DNA of 64,000 nt, taken from Naegleria gruberi (taxonomy: Eukaryota). A program made the position numbers and the translations under genes. How positions within the stretch are numbered: the stretch's first letter is position 1; every line of letters starts with the position of its first letter. The DNA is taken from assembly GCA_000004985.1 (NCBI GenBank), contig GG738854.1; one strand, 5' to 3'. Below the pieces are notes generated by a model, which worked only from the letters and a program-made list of their open reading frames with translations, did no database searches and had not been told where the DNA came from. Positions 9,243-19,568 of this stretch are shown here, piece by piece.

Positions 9243-11987
9243 TTATTCATAATCAATTGTGAGTTGTCCCTTTTCAACCAATTCAATTTCTTTTTCGGTC
9301 AGTTCAGAAATTCTTTCACCTCTATTTCTTTCGAATCGATAAGGAACAATTCCAAGAGTACCATCAAATCTATTCTTCTTAACTTGTAAATATTTGTAAT
9401 GCTTATTTCTTTGAATCATGATAATATTGTCGGCTTCTTGTGTTGCCTTTGCAGAACCAAACACACTGGAAATTTGTAATTGTTCCTTTTCGTCAATCTT
9501 CTTTGGATGGACAACAAGCGTCACGTGTACAGATCTTGTAGTTGCAAACTTTCTCAACTTTTCAATTGCCTTATCTTGTAATTCAAATCTATTAGTATAT
9601 GATGCATCAGAGGTTGACATCATAAATTGTAAATTATCAATCACAATATGAGCAACATCATATACATAGACTGCATAGTCCATAGCATCCAATAATTCGT
9701 CAATATCTGTTGAACCATAAAAGTTCAAAAAGTACATTGGTAATTCTGAGAATTGTTCACTAATAATTTCAAAATCCCTCTTCAATTCTTCTGGAGAATA
9801 TTGTCTAGCTGGTTGATAGGTTGATTTTGGCTTGGATTTAGATTCCTTAGCTGGCTTCTTTGGAGCTGGTGGAGCCTCTTCACCTGCATACGACATTAAA
9901 CTCATTGGATCAGCATCATAACTGTCAAACATGCTTGCATCTGATTCATCTTCTTCCTTTGTTTGCTCTTCTTGTTGCTCTTCAATTTCTTTGATTTGAA
10001 GACTTTCTTGTTTTCTTTGCTCCTTTTCAAATGAATGGTTGGTAGCTAAATCTTTACCAGCCAATTGACACATCATCTTTTTGATAAGTCTGTGATTTCT
10101 AATTTCAAATGAACCCCACAGTGTTGGTACATTACCATATTTACAATAGTCCAATGAAAGTTGTGAAAGAACTGTTGTCTTACCAATACCAGTGGCACCT
10201 GTAATGATTGTTAATTCTCCTCTTCTGTGCCCCTTTAAGATCTTGTTCAGACCTGGGAAAAAGTGAGATTGAACTCCATTCACAACTTCTGATTTGTCAA
10301 AAAGTTCTCTATATACTTGTTGTTTAAATGTGTTGAATGTTAAAATTCTTTCATGTTGAATTGGTGCAGCCTCTTCTATCAATCTGTGGAAGTCAAGACC
10401 TGCAAGCAATGCTTCATTTGCATCCTTAATTTTCTTTTCATTGGTTTGTTCTATTGGGTCACCATACTCATCAACTACTTCCTTATAATTCGAGTGGACA
10501 ATATAACATCTGCCAACACCAAGTTTTTTGGAGAAGAGTTCAGCTCCTTGTTGACCTGGAACATCGTCATCCATCCACAAGTAAATCTTATCAAAATCTT
10601 CTAGCCATTGGACGACATCAACTGGAAGTGATCGACATCCATTTGGTAATGAAACAGCTGGAATACCAGTCTTTTGATAGACAGCCATAGCATCAAACTC
10701 TCCTTCTGTAATGATAATTGTCTTCAAATCCTTTGGATTCTTCTTTCCCAAATCTCCATCATTTGCTAATGTCTTTCCTTTCACATTACTTTGTGGGTTA
10801 GTAGTAGTAGTGGTAGTAGATGGCTTTTCATTCTTAAATTTAGAAGCAATCAAGTGCCATCCAAATAAACCCCAATTATTTGTTTGAGGAGGATCCAATT
10901 TCATACATGTCTTATCTTGGATAGCTCTTATTTTATGTCTGGATAAAAGAATGCCACTTTCATGAGATTTGGTTGGTTTGAACATTGGGAATGTGAAACA
11001 AAGCTCATTAACTCTTACAAGGTTTTCTGTCTCTTGTTCTGGATTTTCGATTACCTTTGAAAATGGGAATACTCCACATCCAACACCATACATTGCTGCT
11101 ACATCCTTCTTGATTCCTCTTACCTTTTCAAGATATTGAACTGCTTCTGGGAAATCTACTCCATCAAAGTTGCTTCTGTATGTTTCAAACTCCTTCTTTG
11201 TTGGTTTATCCCTCTTCTTTGGTAAATTAGTTGCTGATGTTTCATTGTTTTGCCCTCCTGCTTTTGGTTGATTGTTGGATACTGAATCTGAGTGAAGTGT
11301 TGAAATTGGTGAATCCTTATGGAAATTCATTTTAAAATCAAACCAAGAACCCTTAGCTCCACATCTGTGACACATATAAGCTCCACTAGCTCTGTGAATA
11401 TATAATTTCCATAAATTAGTGACCTTTCCTTTAGTATCATGGCAGAAAGGACATTCTTTTACAATAATTTCATTCATTACATTTCTAAAGCCCAATCCTT
11501 TTCTTGTTAAAAACTCTTGAATATCACTTTCGTTGATCTTGTAAAAATTAGAAACAAATGTATTAAAAGCATTGGAGTGATTTTGAAGTGGGTTATTTCT
11601 ATCTTCTGGAGTTTCCTCAAGTGTGTCGTCATATTCCTCTTCAAACTCTTCCTCTTGTTGTTGTTTTATATTTCTATTCGGTGCTATTGTTGATGATGCA
11701 TTGGTCATTACTTGTTGAATTTTAGCATTAGAAGTTGTGGTAGGCTTTGATTGTGTTGATGTGCTTGTTGCTGTGGTATTATTATTGGTGGCTGCTGGGG
11801 TAATCTTTTTAATTACTTTTGTGTAACTAAATTGTTGGCAACAATTGCAATTATGATGATAACATCTGTGTTGTTGAGAGTTGTTGATATTGTGCAAGTG
11901 TTGATGATGGCCTTGTTCGGAAGGTAAATATTTGCTTCTCGATGAGACAATAGAGTTTTTGAAAGCCTTTGAAACCAACTTTCTCAT
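9243..11987 (-). CDS. Twinkle-type (phage T7 gp4-like) mitochondrial DNA primase-helicase, 914 aa. N-terminal presequence, Cys4 zinc finger, TOPRIM primase domain, DnaB-like helicase domain
   Basis: Zinc-binding motif CPFCHDTKGK...CHRCGAKG. TOPRIM IIITEGEFDAMAVYQKTGIPAVSLPNGC ... IYLWMDDDVPGQQGAE. Walker A ITGATGIGKTT. RecA/DnaB-like C-terminus (VHVTLVVHPKK...FGSAKATQEADN). Intronless ORF with ATG at 11987. An acidic low-complexity insert (EEQQEEQTKEEDESD) sits between the linker and the helicase core. Confidence 0.85.
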   Translation of the reverse strand: MRKLVSKAFKNSIVSSRSKYLPSEQGHHQHLHNINNSQQHRCYHHNCNCCQQFSYTKVIKKITPAATNNNTTATSTSTQSKPTTTSNAKIQQVMTNASSTIAPNRNIKQQQEEEFEEEYDDTLEETPEDRNNPLQNHSNAFNTFVSNFYKINESDIQEFLTRKGLGFRNVMNEIIVKECPFCHDTKGKVTNLWKLYIHRASGAYMCHRCGAKGSWFDFKMNFHKDSPISTLHSDSVSNNQPKAGGQNNETSATNLPKKRDKPTKKEFETYRSNFDGVDFPEAVQYLEKVRGIKKDVAAMYGVGCGVFPFSKVIENPEQETENLVRVNELCFTFPMFKPTKSHESGILLSRHKIRAIQDKTCMKLDPPQTNNWGLFGWHLIASKFKNEKPSTTTTTTNPQSNVKGKTLANDGDLGKKNPKDLKTIIITEGEFDAMAVYQKTGIPAVSLPNGCRSLPVDVVQWLEDFDKIYLWMDDDVPGQQGAELFSKKLGVGRCYIVHSNYKEVVDEYGDPIEQTNEKKIKDANEALLAGLDFHRLIEEAAPIQHERILTFNTFKQQVYRELFDKSEVVNGVQSHFFPGLNKILKGHRRGELTIITGATGIGKTTVLSQLSLDYCKYGNVPTLWGSFEIRNHRLIKKMMCQLAGKDLATNHSFEKEQRKQESLQIKEIEEQQEEQTKEEDESDASMFDSYDADPMSLMSYAGEEAPPAPKKPAKESKSKPKSTYQPARQYSPEELKRDFEIISEQFSELPMYFLNFYGSTDIDELLDAMDYAVYVYDVAHIVIDNLQFMMSTSDASYTNRFELQDKAIEKLRKFATTRSVHVTLVVHPKKIDEKEQLQISSVFGSAKATQEADNIIMIQRNKHYKYLQVKKNRFDGTLGIVPYRFERNRGERISELTEKEIELVEKGQLTIDYE

Positions 11988-12163
11988 TTTTTTGATTTAT
12001 TTTGATATTAACAAAATCATTCTTCTAATAGAAATCATTATCTTTTTCAAAGATATGAATGATTGAAATTTTGATTGAGGAAATATTTATGAAATTTGAA
12101 TCAGTTTTATTATAAAGTTCTATGTGTACAAGCCTCGAAAAACCTCCCTGGCTTTCAAAAGAT

Positions 12164-13231
12164 TTAACCCAAAGTAAGAATACTACCATCGAGGGAGTGC
12201 TTTGGAACTTCCATGTTCAATGGAGCTGGTCCCTTAACAATTCTACCAGAAGCATCGTAGTGAGAACCGTGGCAAGGACAGAAGAAAGCATTCATAACAC
12301 CAGCATCAGTGACTGGAACACAACCCAGATGGGTACAAATGGCCAAAATAACAGTCCATTCATCATTCTTAGTTCTATCAGAGTCTGCTTGTGGATCCTT
12401 CAAAGTAGAAAGATCAGTTTCAGCAAGTGATTTGGTTTCATCTTCAGTTCTGTGCTTGATGAATACTGGTTTACCTCTCCATGTAACAGTGATGGTCTTA
12501 CCCTTTGGAACGTTGGAAATATCAACTTCAATCTTAGAGACGGCCAAAACATCAGCAGCAGCGGACCAAGAATAAAGGAATCTCAAAACAGCTAATCTGA
12601 GACCAGCAGCAACAACAAAACGACTGCTGTTGGCAACAAAGTAAGCAAATTGACGCTTATCATAATCACCTTCCTTAAGATATTCGTTAATGTTATCACC
12701 GTGATAACCAGTCTTTGGAGCGGTTTCAACGAGTCTTTGAACAGCTTCTGGGAGTTCGTTTCTCTTCAATGTTTTTTCACTTCCAATTTGAGTAGAGTAG
12801 AATCTAACTGGTTGGGCTATATATCATCAAATATATTAAATAATATCCACATAACAATAAATTATTTACAACAACAACAAAAATTGTTTTTTGATATTAA
12901 TTCCAAAATGTTCTATCATCCAAAAATTTCGCTATAAAAACTTACCAGTCAACAAAGTCTTATGACGGAATGACTTGTTTACTGAGAATGTATTAGTGAA
13001 GATTTGTTGTGGTTTGATCTCTGGAATAGCAGTAGTCTTTGATGATGATTGGAAAATGAAGGTTGGTTCTTGATGTTCAGCAGTAACACCTGGGAAAGCT
13101 TGAATATCAAAAGCGGAGAGAGTCTTGTTGATTAAAGAAGCGCTACAAGCTTTGTGTGCAGAGAAGGAAGAACCGAGGTTCTTGATTGGGAGAGTAAGAA
13201 CGGTCTTGAGTCTGTAGCTTTGGTTGAGCAT
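12164..13231 (-). CDS. mitochondrial ubiquinol-cytochrome c reductase Rieske iron-sulfur subunit. Two exons: 13231..12946 and 12816..12164, with a 129-nt intron (GTAAGT...TATAG)
   Basis: Rieske boxes CTHLGCVP and CPCHGSHYD separated by about 15 aa. C-terminus [15 protein letters not shown]. Exon 1 encodes a long presequence ([13 protein letters not shown]...). It ends at TTGACTG|GTAAGT in phase 1 and rejoins at ATATATAG|CCCAACCAG, giving ...[16 protein letters not shown]... The AT-rich intron has consensus splice sites. Confidence 0.85.
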
Positions 13232-13771
13232 TTTTTTTAAAGGTCTTCTTGTATTTTACAACACCAGCAAAAATTTGCTCGGGCAGCAAATCTCCTTTTG
13301 GATGTAGTGCGCAAATTGGTAATTTTCAAAGCAGAAGAAACAACAAAAGATTAACTCTGCTATCAATTCACCTTATCATCATTATCACCATCATGAATGG
13401 TTTTTAAAGTGTTGATCCTCCAATTTATTTTTCTTGCTTCACGGAGTTTTGTTAAACTTGGCGTTGTATTTTAAAAAATTAATTTTAATATTTCATCACA
13501 AAGCCTTCTTCTTGTTAGAATATAAAACTATTAGCAAATTAATTATTTACTTGACCATGTACTTAACATATTATCAATAATGCAAACTTGAAGTTAGAAC
13601 ATTAGAAAATTAATTTTAATTATTTCATCATATCTTCAATATCCAAACATCAATTTTGAATGGATATGGAAATGTACTCCATGCGATTGAATCCACAACA
13701 CAATTGAACATGTATTAACCATTTCTCCTAAATGGCAATTGTACAATTTAAAAAACACTTGAAAGCATAAT

Positions 13772-15697
13772 ATGGAAAACCTCCAACAACAACAAATTGA
13801 AAAGAAGTGTTCTTCTTGTTTACTTCTTCAACAGTTGTTTAGTGTTGGTTGTTTCTTGTTGCTGTTCTTGATTGGAGAAGTTGTTTGTTCTCTTGATGCT
13901 GGTTGTAAACATAATGTTGGATTTGAGTGGAAGAGATGTGAAATTTCAAATCATCATGCTTACTTGAATTCACACGAGATGGAGTGTTCATTTGTTAGAG
14001 TTCCAATTGATTGGAGAAGATTTGATGTAATGAATGAAACAAATCATGTGAAGAGTGAATCACCAACTACTCTGGATTGGATATGTGTTCATGTAAAGAG
14101 GTTGAAATCTCTCAGTTCAGAAAAGAAGGGCCAATTGTGGATTCATAATACTCCTCTATTTGAATTTCACAAAACTGTATCTGTGGAGGTTGAGGAATTA
14201 TTCTTGAAGGAATCAATTAGATATAAAGATTATGATATTTACTTTCCAGATATTAGAGGATTAGGTAAATCAACTCCAAAATTTGTTTGTGAATTTGAGG
14301 AACAATCAGGACATGTCTTCATTTCAGAGAAGGATATTGATGCATGTCTAGCCACAAATACTAAGAATGAAAAGATAATTAGTGAAAAATATGGAGAATA
14401 TTTTCACACATATCAAATTGTTAGAGACATTTTTCACATGATTGAAATGACTAGAGTAGAGAATGGTGGAGAAAGTTATCGAATAATTCATTATGGATAT
14501 GGTTTTAATACATTTCTCATTGGTAGAATGATACAGTTAGAGAAGGAATTGAAATTATCCTTCTTGAACAAGTCATCCAAGAGCTATTTGGATATGGTTA
14601 TAGTTGATTCAGTTTTTTCAATGAATGTTTCAACAATTGACATGTTCAATTTTGATAAGAGATTTAATGAAATTGCTCTTTCATTCCTAGAGGAATGTGA
14701 TAAGGATAAATATTGCACTGAAAAATTGGATTTACTACACAAAATTAAGGGAAAAGTATCATTGAGAACATTGTTGAATGGAATCTATTTGATTCATTTG
14801 AAAAGATGTTATATTGCGAATTCTTATTTTTTCAGGGATATTTTAACTTACTTTTACTATGAGGATGATTTGAGACATTTATTGATACCGCTAATATTCA
14901 GGATTTCAAGATGTAATGAATTGGATAAGAATGTTATTCAGGACTTTTTTTATCACATTAACCATACTATGATCACTACTGAGAATTCACATACGAAATT
15001 GCAGACCTATTCAGCTTTTGAGAGAGTAATTGGATCTTTCGAGTTAATGGATCATTCATTCAAATTTTATAAGGAAGAGGAAACCGGAGCTCTTGATTTG
15101 GCTGAATATCCGTTCTATTCTGGACTCTCACTTAATATGATGAAGACTTATAGTTTGTTTTTTCATTCACCCCATTCAACAAATCATACTAATAATACTC
15201 ATAGTCATTTCACAGATTTTTCAAAACCAATGTTAATGTTACATGGCTCATTGGATCCCATTAGTTCAATCAATAATCTTATCGATTGGAAGGATTTCTA
15301 CTTGAATGAATCAAAGGCTAATTTTGAAAACCATCACGCTGTTACTTTTCCATATGTTAATCATATTACTACTTTGAAATCTTATTGTAGCTTGGAGGTC
15401 ATGCATACATTTATTCAATCACTTGGAAGGGAGTATTTCAATGAATGTCTATTGGAATCTACTGCATCAGATCAAATTAGAAGTCAACTGTTCAACGAGT
15501 CAAACTGGAGTGAGCAATTGAAAAATACTACTCTCATATACTTTGGTACGAAGGATGCTCTCGATGGTGGACTTTCAATATCTGCTTCAAATTATTATTT
15601 CCTGGTGGTTGGTATGAGTGTTTCAGGAGTTTTGCTCATTGAATTATTTGTTCTACTCATCATTTTGTTAGTCATGTCTATCAAGGAACTCAAGTAG
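13772..15697 (+). CDS. type I membrane protein (641 aa) with N-terminal signal/anchor and C-terminal TM helix. Ectodomain resembles alpha/beta-hydrolase S33 (tripeptidyl-aminopeptidase, TAP-like) fold but with the nucleophile Ser replaced (GYGFNTFLIG instead of G-x-S-Y-G-T-Y-L-G); candidate pseudo-enzyme
   Basis: Single ORF. N-terminal hydrophobic CSSCLLLQQLFSVGCFLLLFLIG. C-terminal TM LVVGMSVSGVLLIELFVLLIILLV. TAP-like blocks DIDACL, YFHTYQIVRDIFHMIEM, IIHYGYGFNTFLIGRM, MLMLHGSLDPISS. Confidence 0.4.
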   Translation: MENLQQQQIEKKCSSCLLLQQLFSVGCFLLLFLIGEVVCSLDAGCKHNVGFEWKRCEISNHHAYLNSHEMECSFVRVPIDWRRFDVMNETNHVKSESPTTLDWICVHVKRLKSLSSEKKGQLWIHNTPLFEFHKTVSVEVEELFLKESIRYKDYDIYFPDIRGLGKSTPKFVCEFEEQSGHVFISEKDIDACLATNTKNEKIISEKYGEYFHTYQIVRDIFHMIEMTRVENGGESYRIIHYGYGFNTFLIGRMIQLEKELKLSFLNKSSKSYLDMVIVDSVFSMNVSTIDMFNFDKRFNEIALSFLEECDKDKYCTEKLDLLHKIKGKVSLRTLLNGIYLIHLKRCYIANSYFFRDILTYFYYEDDLRHLLIPLIFRISRCNELDKNVIQDFFYHINHTMITTENSHTKLQTYSAFERVIGSFELMDHSFKFYKEEETGALDLAEYPFYSGLSLNMMKTYSLFFHSPHSTNHTNNTHSHFTDFSKPMLMLHGSLDPISSINNLIDWKDFYLNESKANFENHHAVTFPYVNHITTLKSYCSLEVMHTFIQSLGREYFNECLLESTASDQIRSQLFNESNWSEQLKNTTLIYFGTKDALDGGLSISASNYYFLVVGMSVSGVLLIELFVLLIILLVMSIKELK

Positions 15698-15701
15698 TTT
15701 T

Positions 15702-16936
15702 CTATTGGTCATGGGGAATGTTATTCCTTCCCTTCATTTCAAACAATCGAACTGTGGTTCTATCTTCAATCATGAATAATTGAGGCAGATCAGTGGTGGA
15801 AATTTCCTTACTCACAACCATATCACGTTTTTCCATTTCACTCACAAAATATTCAAATGTTTTCTCATTTCTCTTTGTGATGGCAAATAGAATTATCAAA
15901 TTTCTATTTCTATTAAATAATTGCTGCGTTACATCACACAATCCTGGAATAACACTACTGTCATAGGCAACGTCAGCAGCAATTAAAATATCAGTATCTT
16001 TTAAAAGCTCAATATCTTGCTCTGTGAAATTCATCCAATCCAATTTCATGACATGTAGATTGGAATTTTCATTCTTGCTTGACTTGTCTTCCTTCAAATA
16101 AATATATTCAGAGTTGTAAACTTTGTGTGGAATATTATTCAATTCACAACAGTAAGAACAATTTTCCAAAACACAATCCAAATAATCAGTCATGGTAATT
16201 CTTCCAGTTTCCTTCAAAATATTCATTAAGAACAATCCTACTAGTCCAATACCACTTCCCAACTCGACAATATTCTTTCTTTCAAATGATTCTAGATTAA
16301 AAATTAGCATTTCCAATTACGATTCATCAACATACCCAAATTAGCAATGATATATTCAATTTCAACGAGTCCATCAACCCACAATGCCAATCCAACATTT
16401 AAAAATTGAGGAAAAACTCTCACAACAATTGGGTTCTCACACAGAAAATCATAAATTCTAAAGGAGCTCTCTTTCATATCATATCCATAGAAATATCCAC
16501 CTTCAGAACAATCCATATTAACCATCTCCTTTCTATTACCACTTCCAATCAACATTTCGGAATAATCTTCAATTAAATCATCATAAACACCTTCTCCATT
16601 ATTTTCACAATTTTCAATCATTTCAATATAATTCCTCATCAAATTGATTTTAAAATTCAATGAGGGAATATTAAATTTCCTAGCCAATGAATTTTGCAAC
16701 ACATCACAATAACACAATTTCTGAATTTTCATACAAGTAACATCAAACATGTTCAATTCCTTATTTTCCGATAATTCTTTTTGAAAATAGGAGAGAAATT
16801 GTTTAGAATTCGGAAGACCATTAGAGAGAAGCATGGAAAGTGTTTTCGGAAAGGAACAAGATTGTTGATTATTAACAGTTGTAGATGATGGAGTGTTCAT
16901 TTTTTTTGTTGAATTTGTTTTTTTCACACTTGTCAA
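15702..16936 (-). CDS. class I SAM-dependent protein-lysine methyltransferase, Methyltransf_16 family, EEF2KMT/FAM86-like. Two exons: 16936..16336 and 16291..15702, with a 44-nt intron (GTATGT...CTAG)
   Basis: Two overlapping minus-strand ORFs (16304..16936 and 15702..16316) lie in different frames. Removing GTATGTTGATGAATCGTAATTGGAAATGCTAATTTTTAATCTAG gives a continuous sequence ...NVGLALWVDGLVEIEYIIANLESFERKNIVELGSGIGLVGLFLMNIL...TMTDY...DILIAADVAYD. This matches the MTase16 motif I (VLELGSGxGLxGL), post-I (TDY) and motif II (AADVxY) arrangement of eEF2-lysine methyltransferases. Confidence 0.6.
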
Positions 16937-16960
16937 TTAGCTCATGTGAAATCTTTGAAT

Positions 16961-18139
16961 TTACATGAGTAGGCACTTTTTTTGACTCTTTAGAAAGTGT
17001 TTGTCCTGTCTGGATGTTTCAGTTTTAATTAAAAATTGTGGAAAATCAGCTAAACCTTCATTTTCCTTTGCACTAACTTCCAAATATGTATAACATCCAA
17101 GTTTCTTTGCTAATTTTTCACCCAATTCAAATGAAATTGGTTTTGTTTTGGTATTGAGAAGTGTTGATCTTCTTAGGGAGGGATTAGTTTCAGCATCGGA
17201 TTTAGTTTTCATCAAGACAATATTGGGATTCTTAATGTTCTTTCTATTTTAGGTAATTTAAAATAATTCATTAGAATAGAAAAACAAACCTCACTTCAGG
17301 AATCCACTGGGTTGCAATACTTTTAAAAGATTTCACAGAAATACAACTGAAAAACACAATAACCAAATCAGTTTCTGGATAAACCTTAATAAAAATTTAC
17401 CAAATTAAGAATTTCCAACTTTCCCAACTTACCAAATGTCTAATTTTTTCGTAATCACCAACATTTGACGTATCCCTTTAAAATTTCACAATATTTCCAT
17501 TTAATTTCCATTCAATTTCCAATTTAATTCAACAACTTACCAATATCCAATTGAGTACTGATTTCTAGGAATTGAATATGAATAATTATCAAATACTTGT
17601 GGAATATATTCACTCGGAAATATTCCACTTGAAATTGTAATGAAAAAACTTGTTTTACCCACTTGATCATCTCCAACTCCAATAATTTTGAATATTTTGG
17701 ATGGATTTGAGAGAATTGGTTGATATTTCTCAATTTCTCCCTTTTCAATGTAGAAATTCTCTTTCGAATGGTCTGATTTCAATTCATCCACATACGAAAT
17801 CAAGTCATTTTCTTCTTGTTGAGCTTGTTTCATAAAAGTTTCAAGAAATTTCAATAAATTTTCTCGATAATTTTCACAAACACTTTCCAAATATTCGAAT
17901 TTCTCTTCAAATACATCATACGAATCCGATTCTTTGCTCGAATCGATATAATTCTGTATAGTTTGATAATAAATTGGTTTCCAATAAAAATCTTCATGGC
18001 AGAGTTGACAAATTCTTGCTGATTTGGATACCAAATTTAGTCTAAGCAAATCATTACTTGTTAGAAATGACAGAATTATTCTCAACATGTCATCATTTAG
18101 AAAATTGTTAATATTTAATTGACGTTTTGATCTTGACAT
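16961..18139 (-). CDS. F-box / atypical Rho-family GTPase fusion protein with C-terminal CAAX box (CLLM), about 339 aa. Four exons: 18139..17541, 17475..17433, 17384..17290, 17243..16961. Introns are 65, 48 and 46 nt
   Basis: Exon 1: F-box DDMLRIILSFLTSNDLLRLNLVSKSARICQL followed by G1 KIIGVGDDQVGKTSFFITISSGIFPSEYIPQVFDNYS. Exon 2: WDTSNVGDYEKIRHL (G3/switch II). Exon 3: VYPETDLVIVFFSCISVKSFKSIATQWIPEV. Exon 4: RKNIKNPNIVLMKTKSD...PISFELGEKLAKKLGCYTYLEVSAKENEGL...KKCLLM*. Donors GTAAGT, GTAAGT, GTTTGT; acceptors AAAG, TAAG, ATAG; phases are consistent. Relative to Rac/Rho, the G12-equivalent is D and the Q61-equivalent is V (WDTAGQ becomes WDTSNV). Confidence 0.7.
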
Positions 18140-18216
18140 TTTTTTTTAATTATTTACACAGATTACAATGAACCAATTTTGAGAGAAATTTAGGTATTTA
18201 AACTAAATAAGCTTTC

Positions 18217-19458
18217 TTATAAAATTTGTTCCAAATTAAATTTCGTATATTTGTATCTCAAATAATATTCAACAAATTCTTCCTCATTAGAACACAATTT
18301 TTGAATTTTCGAAATGTATTTCTCACGAGATTTGGCATTCATTTTGTCATCCGTTCCACTTTCTCTAAGATTCGCAAAGAGTTTCGAATATTTTTGAATG
18401 GTCAACCCAAGATTAATCAAATCAAGTCTCTGATTATGACCTTTCTTTAGTAGTTTCAAATCTTTCTTCAAAATAAATGATGTAAAAACATCCCTTTCTT
18501 TTGTATCTTTGGGTGTGAAGCTTTTGAATTGATCTGAAAGTTCTTTTGAAATTTCCTTCACCTTCTCCAAGTAATGTTTCTTTAAAAAGTGATAAATTAA
18601 ATTGTTTCGAATAAAGTTTGGAAAATAATTTGCAAAAAATCTATGAGTGGCTGAATTGATGTAATGAAAAGAATTATTTAAACGAAACTTCAATATTCGA
18701 ATATTAATTAGTAAGCAAAAGTAGGGAATAAATTGTTTTGGAGATAGTTCATAACTTTTCACAGTTGGAATGAGATACGATAAAATATGCTTCTCCAAAT
18801 ATTCAACTCCAGATATTCTGCCACCAGAATTTCTATCAATGAATTTGTAAAGAAAACATTGATTAGTTTCTTCCAATCTATTCGAAAGCTCATTTCTCAA
18901 TCCACCAGCAGAACCATAAAAAAATTCTGCATTCTTCAAATCATCACTTTCCCTAGCAACATATAGAAAATAATCACTAGCAACAGATTTACCATATCCA
19001 CTTCTTATTTTAGGAATATTCTTTCCTCTTACTATAATTGGTTCTTCAATTCCATCAATTAAAAGTTTCATTTTGTAAAATGGTACATCATTAAATGATA
19101 ATATTATCTCTGTAAAGACAATTCTTGAGAGAATGATTTTCACTAGTTGAGAGGAAAATGCATTCGGAAAAGTTTGTTTAAATTCCAATTCTAATTCTTT
19201 CGATGGTTGAGAATTCTGGGAAAGGAACATGTTGTATTTTGAATAGTGATCACTAATTGTGTGTTTCCAATATAAAGTGTCATTGTGTAAATTACTCTTC
19301 TGGAGGGAGTTGTTTGTTAATTGGTGAAAGTAGGTTTCCCATAGTGGATTGGAATTGGCAATTCGATTCCACTCTTTGCAAACTAGAGATAGATAGGAAG
19401 TGTGCGAATAATCGAGAAATGAAAAGGTATAATACAGAATATCCTCATGAAGATGCAT
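18217..19458 (-). CDS. F-box protein (413 aa), N-terminal F-box EDILYYTFSFLDYSHTSYLSLVCKEWNRIANSNPLWE; remainder has no recognised domain
   Basis: Intronless ORF with ATG at 19458. Canonical F-box spacing (LxxxxLxxIFxxL....L..VCKxW). Immediately downstream of the F-box-Rho gene on the same strand. Confidence 0.5.
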   Translation of the reverse strand: MHLHEDILYYTFSFLDYSHTSYLSLVCKEWNRIANSNPLWETYFHQLTNNSLQKSNLHNDTLYWKHTISDHYSKYNMFLSQNSQPSKELELEFKQTFPNAFSSQLVKIILSRIVFTEIILSFNDVPFYKMKLLIDGIEEPIIVRGKNIPKIRSGYGKSVASDYFLYVARESDDLKNAEFFYGSAGGLRNELSNRLEETNQCFLYKFIDRNSGGRISGVEYLEKHILSYLIPTVKSYELSPKQFIPYFCLLINIRILKFRLNNSFHYINSATHRFFANYFPNFIRNNLIYHFLKKHYLEKVKEISKELSDQFKSFTPKDTKERDVFTSFILKKDLKLLKKGHNQRLDLINLGLTIQKYSKLFANLRESGTDDKMNAKSREKYISKIQKLCSNEEEFVEYYLRYKYTKFNLEQIL

Positions 19459-19568
19459 TTTTTTTCAAGTTGATTGATATTTATTATTAGCTCAGTTTAT
19501 CTAGAGATTTACCTCAATTTCATGGCTCCTATTGAATATCAGGATATACTAAATTGTGTGAACATGAA

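Noticed and set aside
15702-16936. Interpretation of 15702..16316 and 16304..16936 as two separate genes
   Set aside because: The two ORFs overlap by 13 nt in different frames. A 44-nt GT..AG intron unites them into one continuous Methyltransf_16-type protein whose motif I would otherwise be split.
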